Assembly (NCBI RefSeq): GCF_044704955.1
Contig: NC_091991.1
Coordinates: 112,592,001 to 112,656,000, forward strand
Origin: Pristiophorus japonicus
Lineage: Eukaryota
Direction of reading: 5' to 3'
DNA: 64,000 nt
The notes beneath the pieces are model-generated. The model was not told the origin of the DNA. It searched no databases and saw only the letters and a program-made list of their open reading frames with translations. The translations under genes were made by a program, and so were the position numbers. Positions 38,101 through 64,000 of this stretch are shown here, one piece after another. Position 1 is the first letter of the stretch. Every line of letters begins with the position of its first letter.

Positions 38101-40369
38101 AAAAAGAAAAGCTACTTACCAATCACCAGCCAATCACTTACCCCTTTGGTTGTGACATCACCGTTCGATTTCTTTCTACTTTTTTGCCTCCCTGCTGCAG
38201 CTGCACCGGCTGGGCCTTTTATAGAATGCTCGCCTCCCGAACTCCCGCCTCTCACGAACTCCCGCTGCTCACTGACGGGCCTTTTATAGGCCGCTCGCTT
38301 CCCGAACTCCCGCCTCTCCCGATCTCCCGCTGCTCACTGACGGGCCTTTTATAGGCCGCTCCCTCCCGAACTCCCGCCTCTCCCGAACTCCCGCTGCTCA
38401 CTGACGGGCCTCTTGTAGGCCGCTCGCCTCCCGAACTCCCGCCTCTCACGAAGAAGAACAGGTGAGTTCTTCCCAGTGTCCTGGGTCAATATTTATCCCT
38501 CCATCGCAATTGTTAAAACATATTGTAACATTGCTGTTTGTTGGACCTTGCTTTGTGCAAATTGGATGCCCCATTTCCCTACAAAATAATCGCTACGCTT
38601 CAAAGTATTTCATAACAATTAGGAGCAGGAGTCGGCCATTTGGTCCCTTGAGCCTGCTCTGCCATTCAATAAGATTATGGCTGATCTGATCTTGGCCTCA
38701 ACTCCACTTCCCTGCCCGCTCCCCATAACACTTGACTCTCCTATCATTCAAAAATCTGTTTATTTCCACCTTAAATATATTCAATGACCCAGCCTCCACA
38801 GCTTTCTGGGGAAGAGAATTACAAAGATTCACCACTCTCTGAGAGAAGAAATTCCTCCTCATCTCCATTTTAATTTAATTGGCTGTAAAGTGCTTTGGCT
38901 GAGGCGGTGAAAGGCGCTATAGAAATGCAAGTTAATTCTTAGTGAATACATTTTTATAAATAAATAAAGTTTATTCAAGAAAATGATAGAAATATTTCAA
39001 ATCCCATGTTTAATTGTTGTGCAATTACTGTGGCAGTGTGGAATATGGTGTGATGCTGTTGCAGTGTTCCAATCCAGGTTTACACCTGGAGTTCTCTCCC
39101 CGTCTTGTGTCAGCATTTCTTCTCCTGGGTGGGTAGGAAGGGTTGGTGCCTGGGCAAGTTAGCCTGGGTTGCTCTTGGACATTGTTCCACAGTTAAACGC
39201 CTGCTAAAATATAACCCCCTGTGTTGGTTCCATGTTGCAGGTCGTAAAGCTGTTCTTGGTATGATCCGGAAAGCCAAGTACAACGAAGTTTTGCAGTCGG
39301 ACCTGGAAACTCGGAAAGTAACCTCTGCAGTAAAGTTGGGGATCCAGTATCACGTTCATGACATCGTTGGAGCAGAGTTGGTGAAATGGTGAAATATCCT
39401 TTAAGTTAAATCAATGTATAACATATATATGGTGTTCACAAAGTTACTGGGAATTTGTCTTTAAGTTTTGATGAAATGGAGAGTATCTGAGCTATACGGA
39501 CCAAGTACGTTCCCTTGGTTCAATTTCCAGTCTCTGCTAAGTCATCTGATCTTAGCTGGGTTGTTACAATTGGCCTCGGCGCCCAAGGTCAGAAGGGAGA
39601 AAATGGGCCAAGATGCCTGCTCCTGATCTCTATCCAGCGACCTGTGCTGTAACTGTGTGTCCTCACTGGGCGAAGACTGGATCGGAGCTCTGCCTTGATG
39701 GTTGGTTTCTTGCTGCTCTGCCACAGGCTGGTAGGGCCACGTTTGCAAACTCCCGCAGAACTAGTGTCCCATTTCGACGGAGAGACGCTATGAACCTCAC
39801 GCAAAATTCTGTTTGAAAGGAAAGCTACTCCTGGATGAGTAGTGCAAGGCTGCTGTCAAGGCTGCATTGGTCGCAGCTCACTGAACTGCAGAGGCCCTGG
39901 GAGAAGGCCACTTTCATCCCATCATAGCTGGGGGGATGATATGTGACGGACCTAAAACAGAAACATTTTAGGACAACAAAAGGACTATAAATAATGAATA
40001 ATCTGTTTCAAAAATGTCTTTTAATATATTTGATTTTTTTTGCCAAATTAAAAAAAGGACAAGGATACTGTAACCTCTGATTCTATCGAGTTTTACAGCA
40101 CAGAAAGGCCATTTGGCCCATTGCACAGTGCTGGCTCTCTGTAGGAGTTATCCACTTAGTTCTGTCCCTTTGCCCTTTAAGATGATTTCATTTTTCAAAT
40201 ACTCATCCACTTCCCTCTTTAAAAGCTATCGTGAAGTGAAAACGTTCCATTTCTATCTCTTGTTACAATTGGGTTGTTGGGGGCTGAGAAGTCCCAGTTT
40301 ATATATTTTACTTTTCAAAACAGCATACCAACCACGACCGGAACCTTGCTGCGCTTGAACGACACCTGA
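20041..40369 (+). CDS. STK19: STK19/WHR1 (winged-helix DNA-repair factor), complete CDS of 262 aa; exons 20041-20155, 20839-20984, 27108-27343, 33500-33597, 39241-39388, 40324-40369
   Basis: 789-nt spliced CDS, in frame throughout. Motifs [81 protein letters not shown] and [12 protein letters not shown] match the short form of STK19. Confidence 0.96.
20268..20545 (+). mobile_element. Second tRNA-derived SINE family (other copies at about 54850-54950, 57290-57480 minus, 60215-60612)
   Basis: B-box-like gagttcaattccc and shared blocks ggttcactaatg...agggaagg and gatgggcaataaat. Confidence 0.6.
20839..20984 (+). CDS. STK19: STK19 coding exon 2
   Basis: aatag|GT GTG...CAG CTG|gtaagt; encodes [48 protein letters not shown]. 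Confidence 0.95.
22138..22571. mobile_element. Tc1/mariner-pogo/Tigger-like MITE
   Basis: Imperfect TIRs CAGTTGGACTCTCTTATCCGGCAC / GTGCCGGATAAGGGAAGTTCAACCTA, TA on both flanks, non-coding interior, splits a CR1 RT. Confidence 0.7.
22764..25698 (-). mobile_element. Young CR1 LINE ORF2 (APE plus RT) with few disruptions
   Basis: ORFs 24753-25742 (endonuclease), 23615-24865 (RT) and 22964-23581; tttctatg-type tail. Confidence 0.92.
26633..26726 (-). mobile_element. Penelope-like remnant with a hammerhead-like core
   Basis: Minus strand reads CTGAAGA-aaagtc-atac-gcct-GAAA-tgttaactctg. Confidence 0.55.
27108..27343 (+). CDS. STK19: STK19 coding exon 3
   Basis: atcag|AAT GAG...ATA AC|gtgagt; encodes [29 protein letters not shown]...FSFHDQEI. 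Confidence 0.95.
27611..29365 (+). mobile_element. Young 5'-truncated CR1 LINE
   Basis: 340-aa RT ORF 27816-28838 plus 28865-29269; tail tttctatgtttctatg. Confidence 0.92.
29463..33167 (+). mobile_element. Ty3/Gypsy LTR retrotransposon, internally deleted and defective
   Basis: 211-bp LTRs at 29463-29673 and 32957-33167; 5-bp TSD AGAAG (29458-62, 33168-72); PBS TGGCGACGAG (29676); PPT about 32945-56. Gag with two zinc knuckles, protease DTGA, RT FQDD, integrase SDNG...SNGQAER. Contains stops and frameshifts. Confidence 0.95.
33500..33597 (+). CDS. STK19: STK19 coding exon 4 (GC donor)
   Basis: ggcag|G CAG CTG...GTG AAA G|gcaagt; encodes [32 protein letters not shown]. Confidence 0.93.
33742..33930 (+). 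mobile_element. Deu-SINE 5' half; 3' half resumes at about 38448-38935 after a CR1 insertion
   Basis: ggcactattcgaa|...|cgaagaagaacagg reconstitutes the SINE seen at 3621-4066. Confidence 0.75.
33931..38450 (-). mobile_element. Full-length CR1 LINE: 5' monomer array, ORF1 (Zn-binding CxxC pairs plus SGNH esterase-like domain), ORF2 APE-RT; frameshifted
   Basis: ORF1 peptides [13 protein letters not shown] and [10 protein letters not shown]; ORF2 pieces 35563-36603, 34776-35498, 34021-34533; about 64-bp repeats at 38210-38450. Confidence 0.92.
39241..39388 (+). CDS. STK19: STK19 coding exon 5
   Basis: ttgcag|GT CGT AAA...GTG AAA TG|gtgaaa; encodes [17 protein letters not shown]...[17 protein letters not shown]. 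Confidence 0.93.
40324..40369 (+). CDS. STK19: STK19 last coding exon
   Basis: aacag|C ATA CCA ACC ACG ACC GGA ACC TTG CTG CGC TTG AAC GAC ACC TGA = (C)[20 protein letters not shown] signals follow at about 40547, 40616 and 41312. Confidence 0.92.
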
Positions 40370-40879
40370 TCCACGGACCTTGACTACGAACCCCAGTACG
40401 GACCACGTTTGAGTGATCTTCGTGTTTGGCAAGAATATCATTGACACCAAGAGAGGATGCTGGAAAAAATGGAGCAATTTGGAAGATATCGACATAAAAA
40501 TCTCCAATATGTTTCTGAAGAATCTGATACTATGCAATTAGAAGAAAATAAACATTTCAACTATTAGTTATTTGCCAAGCCTGTGCAACCAGAACAACAT
40601 ATAAATTTAATATAAAATAAAACTATTTAGCTAAGTTTAACTTAAGTTCAGCGTTATATCGAATGGAATGAAATGTATTTTTTTGATTTTGATGTACGGT
40701 GATTACGTGCTGGAAACTCTGAATACAGTGATCATGAAATGGAGAAATAGGTTGTACGAGTTGTACATGTGTATGCTCGATAAGCACTTGCGTTTATTAT
40801 GACTAAGGCAGAACATTTCAACTGCGAAAGGATTTTGGTGTAAATTGACACCAAGACTGACAGTTGGTAAGACGTATAT

Positions 40880-40976
40880 AAAAACAGAAAACGCTGGAAA
40901 CACTCGGCAGGTCAGGCAGCATCTGGCGAGAGAGAAACCGAGTTAATGTTTCAGGTCAATGACCTTTCATCAGACC
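40880..40976 (-). mobile_element. Penelope-like remnant with a well-preserved minimal hammerhead core
   Basis: Minus strand reads CTGATGA-A-AGGTC-ATT-GACCT-GAAA-CATTAACTC. Confidence 0.65.
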
Positions 40977-41927
40977 TGGTTTCTACCGCTAAAACATCCT
41001 GGGAATGGACAACTTTAACCATTTCATTACTTCTAGCTACAGTACAATTCCATAAGTCAAAAGAAATTACATGAGATTAAACCAAATCCTAAACGTATCG
41101 ACTCGGGTATCTTACAAGAATGGCTCCTACTGTCATTGGTGCAAATGTGGCTGTGAACTTGTACCTTAACTGAAAATGTAGCCTCTGTTAAATGTTGATA
41201 TAAGAATAAAATATATTTAATATGAACACCATCTGAAATATGCCTTGTGAATCATGCCATGACTTCACGCAGTACACAATACTTTATGGATGTGTTTGTA
41301 TTTGACCAATGAATAAAGTTTATTTCTGTAAAGAGCATTATTGTGCTGTGCAATATATATCTGACCCGCAAATGCAACAACTTCTGTTTATTTAAGGTAA
41401 GCTATGTTCCCGGTGTCTCACAACTAAGTATATGGAGAACAGATGATGAGCCAGAAAAGATTAGGAATTGGAAAATAGGGAATTCAGGAGAAACTTCTTC
41501 ACCTAGAGAGTGTTTAGAATGTGGAACTCACTATCACATGGAGTAGTTGAGGCGAATAGCAAAAATGCATTTCGGGGAAGCTGGATAAGCACGTGTGTGA
41601 GGAAGGAATAGAAGGATGTGGGATGTGTTGATAGGGTGAGATGAAAGGGGGGGGGGGGAAGGAGGCTCATGTGAAGCATAAATGACAGCATCGACCAGTT
41701 GGGCTGAATGGCCTGTTTCTGTGCTGCAAGTTATATGAAAGGTGACCGGAAGCTTGGTTGAAGAGATGGGTACTGAGGAGGTTTTAAAGGGGGAGGCGGA
41801 TGGGTTAGAGGAAGGAATTTCACAGATTAAGACCCAGGTGTTGCCAATAGGGCAAAAAGTGGAGGAGATGGCCAAGAAGGTGGAGTCAGGAAGGGAGTGT
41901 TCAGGTGGAGATGGAAAAGAAAGAAGA

Positions 41928-42316
41928 AAGACTTGAATTTTTATAGCGCTCACGTCGCAAAGCAATTTACAGCCAATTAAGTACTTTTTGATGTGTAGTC
42001 GCTGTTGCAATGTAGGAAACGCGACAGCCAATTTGTGCACAAGCAAGCTCCCACAAACAGCAATGTAATGATGACCTGATAATCTTTTTTTGTTATGTTG
42101 ATTGAGGGAAAAATATTGGCCAGGACACCGGGGATAATTCCCCTGCTCTTCTTCGAAATAGTTGCATGGGATTTTTTACGTCCACTTGAGAGAGCAGACA
42201 GGGCCTCGGTTTAGCGTCTCGTTCAAAAGACAGCACCTCCACCTCCTTCAGTGCTGCACTGGAGTGTCAGCCTAGACCTTTTGTGCTCAAGTCTCTGGAG
42301 GAAGACTTGAATCCAC

Positions 42317-42360
<44 letters not shown>

Positions 42361-42365
42361 TTGAC
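41928..42365 (-). mobile_element. Deu-domain SINE copy
   Basis: Reverse complement of the 3621-4066 family. Confidence 0.8.
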
Positions 42366-42372
42366 AAAGAGA

Positions 42373-45315
42373 GGGATAAATCAATTTGGGTGCAGATAAG
42401 GAACAATAAGGATAGGAAGTCACTGATGGGAGTGGTCTACAGGCTTGTAAGAAAAGTACGACAATAATCATTGGTGATTTTAATCTTCATATTGATTGGA
42501 CAAATCAAATTGGCAAAGGTAGCCTGGAGGAAGAGTTCATAGAGTGTATGCGGGATGGTTTCTTCGAACAATACATTGTGAAACCAACCAGGGAGCAGAC
42601 TATTTTAGATCTGGTAATGTGTAAGGAGTCTGGATTAATTAATGATCTCGTAGTGAAGGATCCTCTTGGGAAGAGTGATCATAGCATGGTAGAATTTCAA
42701 ATTCAGTTTGAGGGTGAAAAAGCTAGTTCTCAAACTAGTGTCCTGAACTTAAATAAAGGTAATTACAAAGGTATGAAGGCAGAGTTGGTTAAAGTGGACT
42801 GGGAAAATATATTAAAGGGTAAGACTATAGAAAAGCAGTGGCAAACATTTAAGGAGATATTTCATAACTCTCAGCAAAGATATATTCCAGTGAGAAAGAA
42901 AGACTCTAAGAATCCCTGGCTAACTAAGGAAGTAAAGGATGGTATCAAATTGAAAACAAAGGCATACAATGTTGCGAAGAACAATGGAAGGTCAGAGGAT
43001 TGGGAAATTTTTAGAAAGCAGCAAAGGACGACTAAAAAAATTATAAAGAGAGAGAAGATAACATATGAGAGTAAACTAGCAAGAAATATAAAAACAGACA
43101 GTAAGAGCTTTTACAGGTATATAAAAAGGAAGAGCGTAGCTAAAGTAAACGTTGGTCCCTTAGAGGATGAGACTGGGGAATTAATAATGGGAAACAGCAA
43201 TGGCAGAAACTTTAAACAATTATTTTGTATCAGTCTTCACGGTAGAAGACATGAAAAGCATCCCAATAATTGATAATCAAAGGGCTAGTGGGAGGGGGGG
43301 GGGACTTAAAACAATCACTATCACTAGAGAAAAAGTACTAGGCAAACTAATAGGATTAAAGGTGGACAAGTCCTCTGGACCTAATGGCCTACATCCTAGG
43401 GTCTTTAAAGAGATGGCTGCAGAGATAGTGGATGCATTGGTTGTAATCTATCAAAATTCCCAGGATTCTGGAGAGGTTCCAGCGGACTGGAAAACCGCAA
43501 ATGTAACGCCCCTATTTAAGAGAGGAGGTGGACAGAAAGCAGGAAAATATAGACCAGTTAGCCTAACATCTGCCATTGGGAAAATGCTGGAGTCCATCAT
43601 TAAAGAAGTAATAGCAGGACATTTGGAAAAGCATAATGCAGTCAGAGTCAGCATGGTTTTATGAAAGGGAAATTATGTTTGACAAATTTGCTCGTGTTCT
43701 TTGAGGATGTAACGATCAGGGTGGATAAAGGGACCAGTGGATGTGGTGTATTTGGATTTCCAGAAGGCTTTCGATAAGGTGCCACATAAAAGGTTACTGC
43801 ACAAGGTAAGAGCTCATGGGGTTAGGGGTAATATATTAGCATGGATAGAGGTTTGGCTAACTAACAGAAAGCAGAGAATCGGGATAAATGGGTCATTTTC
43901 CGGTTGGCAAACTAACTAGTGGGGTGCCACAGGGATCAGTGCTGGGGCCTCAACTATTTACAATTTATATTAATGACTTGGATGAAGGGACGAGTGTAAT
44001 GTAGCCAAGTTTGCTGATGATACAAAGATAGGTGAGAAAGCAAGCTGTGAGGAGGACGCTAATAATTTACAAAGGGATATAGATAGGCTAAGTGAATGGG
44101 CAAAAATGTGGCAGATAGAGTATAATGTGGGAAAATGTGAGGTTATCCACTTTGGTAGGAAAAATAAAAAAGCTAATTATTATTTAAATGAGGAGAGATT
44201 ACAAAATGCTGTGGTACAGGGGGATCTGGTGGTCCTTGTTCATGAAACAAAAAGTTAGTATGCAGGTACAGTAACGAATTAGGAAGGCAAATGGAATGTT
44301 GGCCTTTGTTGCAAGGGGGATGGAGTATAAAAGTAGGGATGTTCTGGTACAACTTGGTAAGACCACACCTAGAGTTCTGCGTACAGTTTTGGTCTCCTTA
44401 TTTAAGGAAGGAGATACTTGCATTGGAGGCCATTCAGAGAAGGTTCACGAGGTTGATTCCTAAGATGAAGGGATTGTCTTATGAAGAAAGGATGAGCAGG
44501 TTGGGCCTCTACTCATTGGAGTTTAGAAGAATGAGAGGGGATCTTATTGAAACATATAAGATACTGAGGGGGCTTGACAGGCTGGATGCAGAGAGGCTGT
44601 TTCTCCTCGTGGGGGAATCTAGAACTAGGGGGCACAGTTTCAAAATAAGGGGTCGCTCATTTATAACGGAAATTAGGAATTTCTTCTCTCAGAGGGTCAT
44701 GAATGTTTGGAATTCTCTACCTCAGAGAGCTGTGGAGGCTGAGTCATTGAATATATTTAAGGTGAAGGTAGACAGATTTTTGAATGATAAGGGAGACAAG
44801 GGTTAAGGAGAGCGAACAGGAAAGTGGAGTTGAGGCCAAGATCAGATTAGCCATCATCATCATACATCGCTCGAACGAGGATGACTTGCCTCCACAAGAG
44901 TTCACAGATGTTTCAATGAAGGACCCAATGTTCCAGACCTGAACTCCAATTGAGGGGGTGGAAGATGCCTGTGCGTGGATTTTTTTAACGTGTGGTGACC
45001 GTTGCACATCAGCCACCACACAGGCTCGACAGAGCTAGGTCTTTAACCAGTGGCAAGGATTGAACCAGGACGACTGGATACCTGCTCTGCTGCACGGACC
45101 GAGTGCGCACACACATCGCAGTGTGGGCTGGCCCGTGCTGCCCCTGGGCCCTCGGCTCTTCTGGGCCCAGTACCCTCATCCGCCACACCTCCGCCACGAT
45201 GTTCCAGGGCCCAGTGCTCCAGCTCTCACATCAGCCATGATCTTATTGAATGGCGGAGCAGGCTCGAGGGGCCAAATGGCCTACTCCTACTCCTATTTCT
45301 TATGTTCTTATGTTT
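42373..45315 (+). mobile_element. CR1 LINE ORF2, degenerate, with an RTE-type insert in its 3' UTR
   Basis: ORFs 42548-43273, 43200-43664 and 44291-44806; the 3' UTR is split at about 44853-45228. Confidence 0.9.
44853..45228 (-). mobile_element. Short element with an RTE-like 3' end (possible RTE-mobilised SINE)
   Basis: Minus strand ends gcaagtcatcctcg...atgatgatg, resembling the RTE tail at 54730-54766. Confidence 0.5.
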
Positions 45316-45479
45316 CAGAGATGGGCTGCGAGGAAACCATGGAGGGATTTAAAATGAACATAAAGATTTTAAACTTTAGTCATTGAGGAATGGGGAGCCA
45401 ATATTGCAATTCTCAAAATGGCAAATACAATCCCGGCAATAGATTTTGATGAGCCAGAAAAAAGTCGAACACGTCTGCA

Positions 45480-45817
45480 CGATTCCGGAAGTTGCCGAGC
45501 TCCACCGGCCTTCTCTCCGGAAGGTGCCGAGCTCGGCCGGCCTGCTCTCCGGAAGTTGCCGAGCTCGGCCGGCCTGCTCTCCGGAAAGGCCCGAACTATT
45601 CCGGAAGTTGCCGAGCTCGGCCGGCCTGCTCTCCGGAAAGGCCCGAACTATTCCGGAAGTTGCCGAACGGCCTTTGGCCGCTCTCTGGAAGTTGCCGAGC
45701 TCGGCCGGTCTGACCGCTCCTCGGCCTCCGGCATCGATTGGGAAGGGATCGATTGGTGCCCAGTTTCCCAAGTGACTGACATTAACGCACTCGGAGATCG
45801 GTTCGCGCCGCGCGACC
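45480..45817 (+). promoter_or_regulatory. CpG-rich RHOT promoter with tandem 32/52-bp repeats carrying ETS/GABPA-type CCGGAAGT sites
   Basis: CCGGAAGT at 45485, 45549, 45601 and 45653, plus CCGGAA variants at 45517, 45581 and 45633, directly upstream of the ATG at 45818. Confidence 0.75.
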
Positions 45818-61260
<15,443 letters not shown>

Positions 61261-61602
61261 TGAATAAAGATTTTTGTGATATTTGTTTATAACTTTGTGC
61301 TTTCGTCCCAATTTAATCTGTTTTGACCTTATCTATGCCATTTTAATATTTTATATACCTCAATACGGTTCCCCTATACATAGAAATACACTGAGGTTAT
61401 AACATGGAAACAGGCCATTTGGCCCATTCAGTTCATGTCGCCATTTACCCTTCATGTGAGCAAATAGTCCGTGTCTCATTTACCTGCCCTGTTCCCATAT
61501 GCCTTCAGTCCCCGTTCCTTCATCCACCTCTCCACCATAATCTGGAATGGTGACCGTTTTTGCCTCAACCATGAACCCTGGAAGTGAATTCCAGGGCCTC
61601 AG

Positions 61603-64000
61603 TACTGAGGTCGGAGAGGCAGGAGCTTGGAGCAGCCCGAGTCCGGGGATTTCGGGAGGCCGATAAAGGCCAGCAGGAGTTCGAGCAGTCAGTCGGAGAG
61701 GCGGGAGCTCGGAGCAGCGCGAGTCCAGGGATTTCGGGAGGCCTATAAAGGCCAGCAGGAGTTCGAGCAGTCAGCTGAAGAGGCGGGAGCTCGGAGCAGC
61801 GCGAGTCCAGGGATTTCGGGAGGCCTATAAAGGCCAGCAGGAGTTCGAGCAGTCAGTCGGAGAGGCGGGAGCTCGGAGCAGCAGCAGCAGAGAGGCAAAA
61901 AAGAGGTAGAAAGAAATCGAAAGGTGACGTCACAACCAAAGGGGTTGGTGATTGGTAAGTAGTTTTTTTTTTTCTTTTCCATATCAGTAAGTAACATTTA
62001 GCATTGTTGTTGCCAGATTAAGTTTATCTAAGGGTTAAGTCATGGCAGGAGAGCTCGGGCACGTGTTATGCTCCTCCTGTACTATGTGGGAAGTCAGAGA
62101 CGCTACCAGTGTCCCTGACGACTACGTGTGCGGGAAGTGTATCTCCTGACAGACCACATTGCGGCACTGGAGCTGCGGGTGGATTCACTCTGGACCATCC
62201 ACGATGCTGAGAATGACGTGAGTAGCACGTTTAGCGAGTTGGTCTCTCCGCAGGTTAAAGGTATACAGCCAGATAGTAAATGGGTGACCAACAGGAAGAG
62301 CAGTGCAAGGAAGGTAGTGCAGGGGTCCCCCGCGGCTATCCCCCTACAAAACAGATACACCGCTTTGGGTACTGTTGAGGGGGATGACTCATCAGGGGAG
62401 GGCAGCAGCAGCCAAGTTCATGGCACCGTGGGTGGCTCTGCTGCACAGGAGGGCAGGAAAAAGAGTAGGAGAGCTATAGTGATAGGGGATTCGATTGTAA
62501 GGGGAAGATAGGCATTTCTGCGGCCGCAACTGAGACTCCAGGATGGTATGTTGCCTCCCTGGCGCAAGGGTCAAAGCTGTCTCTGAGCGGGTGCAGAACA
62601 TTCTGAAAAGGGAGGGTGAACAGCCAGTTGTCATGGTGCATATAGGTGCCAACGATCTAGGTAAAAAACGGGATGTGGTCCTACGAGACGAATTTAGGGA
62701 GTTAAGAGCTAAATTAAAAAGTAGGACCTCAAAAGTAGTAATCTCAGGATTGCTACCAATGCCACGTGCTAGTCAGAGTAGGAATCGCAGGATAGCTCAG
62801 ATGAATATGTGCCTTGAGCAGTGGTGCAGAAGGGAGGGATTCAAATTCCTGGGACATTGGAACCAGTTCTGGGGGAGGTGGGATAAGTACAAACTGGATG
62901 GTCTGCACCTGGGCAGGACCGGAACCAATGTCCTAGGGGGAGTGTTTGCTAGTGCTGTTGGGGAGGAGTTAAACTAATATGGCAGGGGGATGAGAACCTA
63001 TACAGGGAGACATAGGGAAATAAAATGGAGGCAGAAGCAAAAGATAGAAATGAGAATAGTAAAAGTGGAGGGCAGAGAAACCCAAGGCAAAAAACAAAAA
63101 GGACCACATTACAGCAAAATTCTAAAGGGGCAAAGTGTGTTTAAAAAGACAAGCCTGAAGGCTCTGTGCCTCAATGCGAGGAGTATTCGGAATAAGGTGG
63201 ACGAATTAACTGTGCAGTTAACGGATATGATGTAATTGGCATCACGGAGACATGGCTCCTGGGTGACCAAGGTTGGGAACCCAACATCCAGGGGTATTCA
63301 ACATTTAGGAAGGATAGGCAGAGAGGAAAAGGAGGCTGGGTGGCGTTGTTGGTTAAAGAGGCAATTAATGCAATAGTAAGGAGGGACATTAGCTTGGATG
63401 ATGTGGAATCGGTATGGGTGGAGCTGCGGAATACCAAAGGGCAGAAAACGCTAGTGGGAGTTGTGTACAGGCCACCAAAAAGTAGTAGTGAGGTTGGGGA
63501 ACAAGAAATCAAACAAGAAATAAGGGATGTGTGCAATAAAGGTACAGTAGTTATCATGGGCGACTTTAATCTACATATTGATTGGGCTAACCAAACTGGT
63601 AGCAATACGGTGGAGGAGCATTTCCTGGAGTGTATTAGGGATGGTTTTCTCGACCAATATGTCGAGGAACCAACTAGAGAGCTGGCCATCCTAGACTGGG
63701 TGATGTGCAATGAGAAGGGACTAATTAGCAATCTTGTTGTGCGAGGCCCCTTGGGGAAGAGTGACCATACTATGGTAGAATTCTTTATTAAGATGGGGAG
63801 TGACACAGTTAATTCGGAAACTAAGGTCCTGAACTCGACGATATTAGGCGTGAATTGGCTAGAATAGACTGGCAAAGATACTTAAAGGGTTGACGGTGGA
63901 TAAGCAATGGCAAACATTTAAAGATCATATGGATGAACTTCAGCAATTGTACATCCCAGTCTGGAGTAAAAATAAAACAGGGAAGGTGGCTCAACCATGG
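61603..64000 (+). mobile_element. 5' part of a CR1 LINE: 82-bp monomer array, ORF1 from 62042 (frameshifted), start of ORF2 endonuclease
   Basis: ORF1 peptides CSSC..CGKC, GDSIVRG and DGLHL; ORF2 peptides [22 protein letters not shown]. Very similar to 33931-38450. Confidence 0.92.

Noticed and set aside
40370-45480. Complement C4 or another gene between STK19 and RHOT
   Set aside because: Only 3' UTR-like sequence and repeats; no exon-like C4 peptides seen.

Overview
Vertebrate genomic DNA, most likely a shark or other cartilaginous fish, judged from its CR1 LINE, Deu-domain SINE and Penelope repeats. Three spliced genes can be rebuilt by hand from GT/GC-AG boundaries and frame continuity. 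(1) DXO (decapping exoribonuclease) lies on the minus strand with five coding exons; its last exon falls left of the window. (2) STK19/WHR1 lies on the plus strand, is complete (6 coding exons, 262 aa, one GC-AG intron) and sits head-to-head with DXO across a CpG island, as in the MHC class III region. (3) A mitochondrial Rho GTPase (Miro/RHOT) follows about 5.4 kb downstream, where mammals have C4. Its exons 2-4 are absent, probably lost in a 200-N gap flanked by purine/pyrimidine minisatellites. Introns are packed with nested CR1 LINEs (two with intact 5' ends carrying TATA-box monomer arrays), a Gypsy LTR element with TSD, PBS and PPT, two MITE-like DNA elements, several SINE families, RTE fragments and three Penelope-like remnants with hammerhead-ribozyme-like cores. 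All calls are by eye and by recall of the gene families; no database search was run. Repeat boundaries are approximate.
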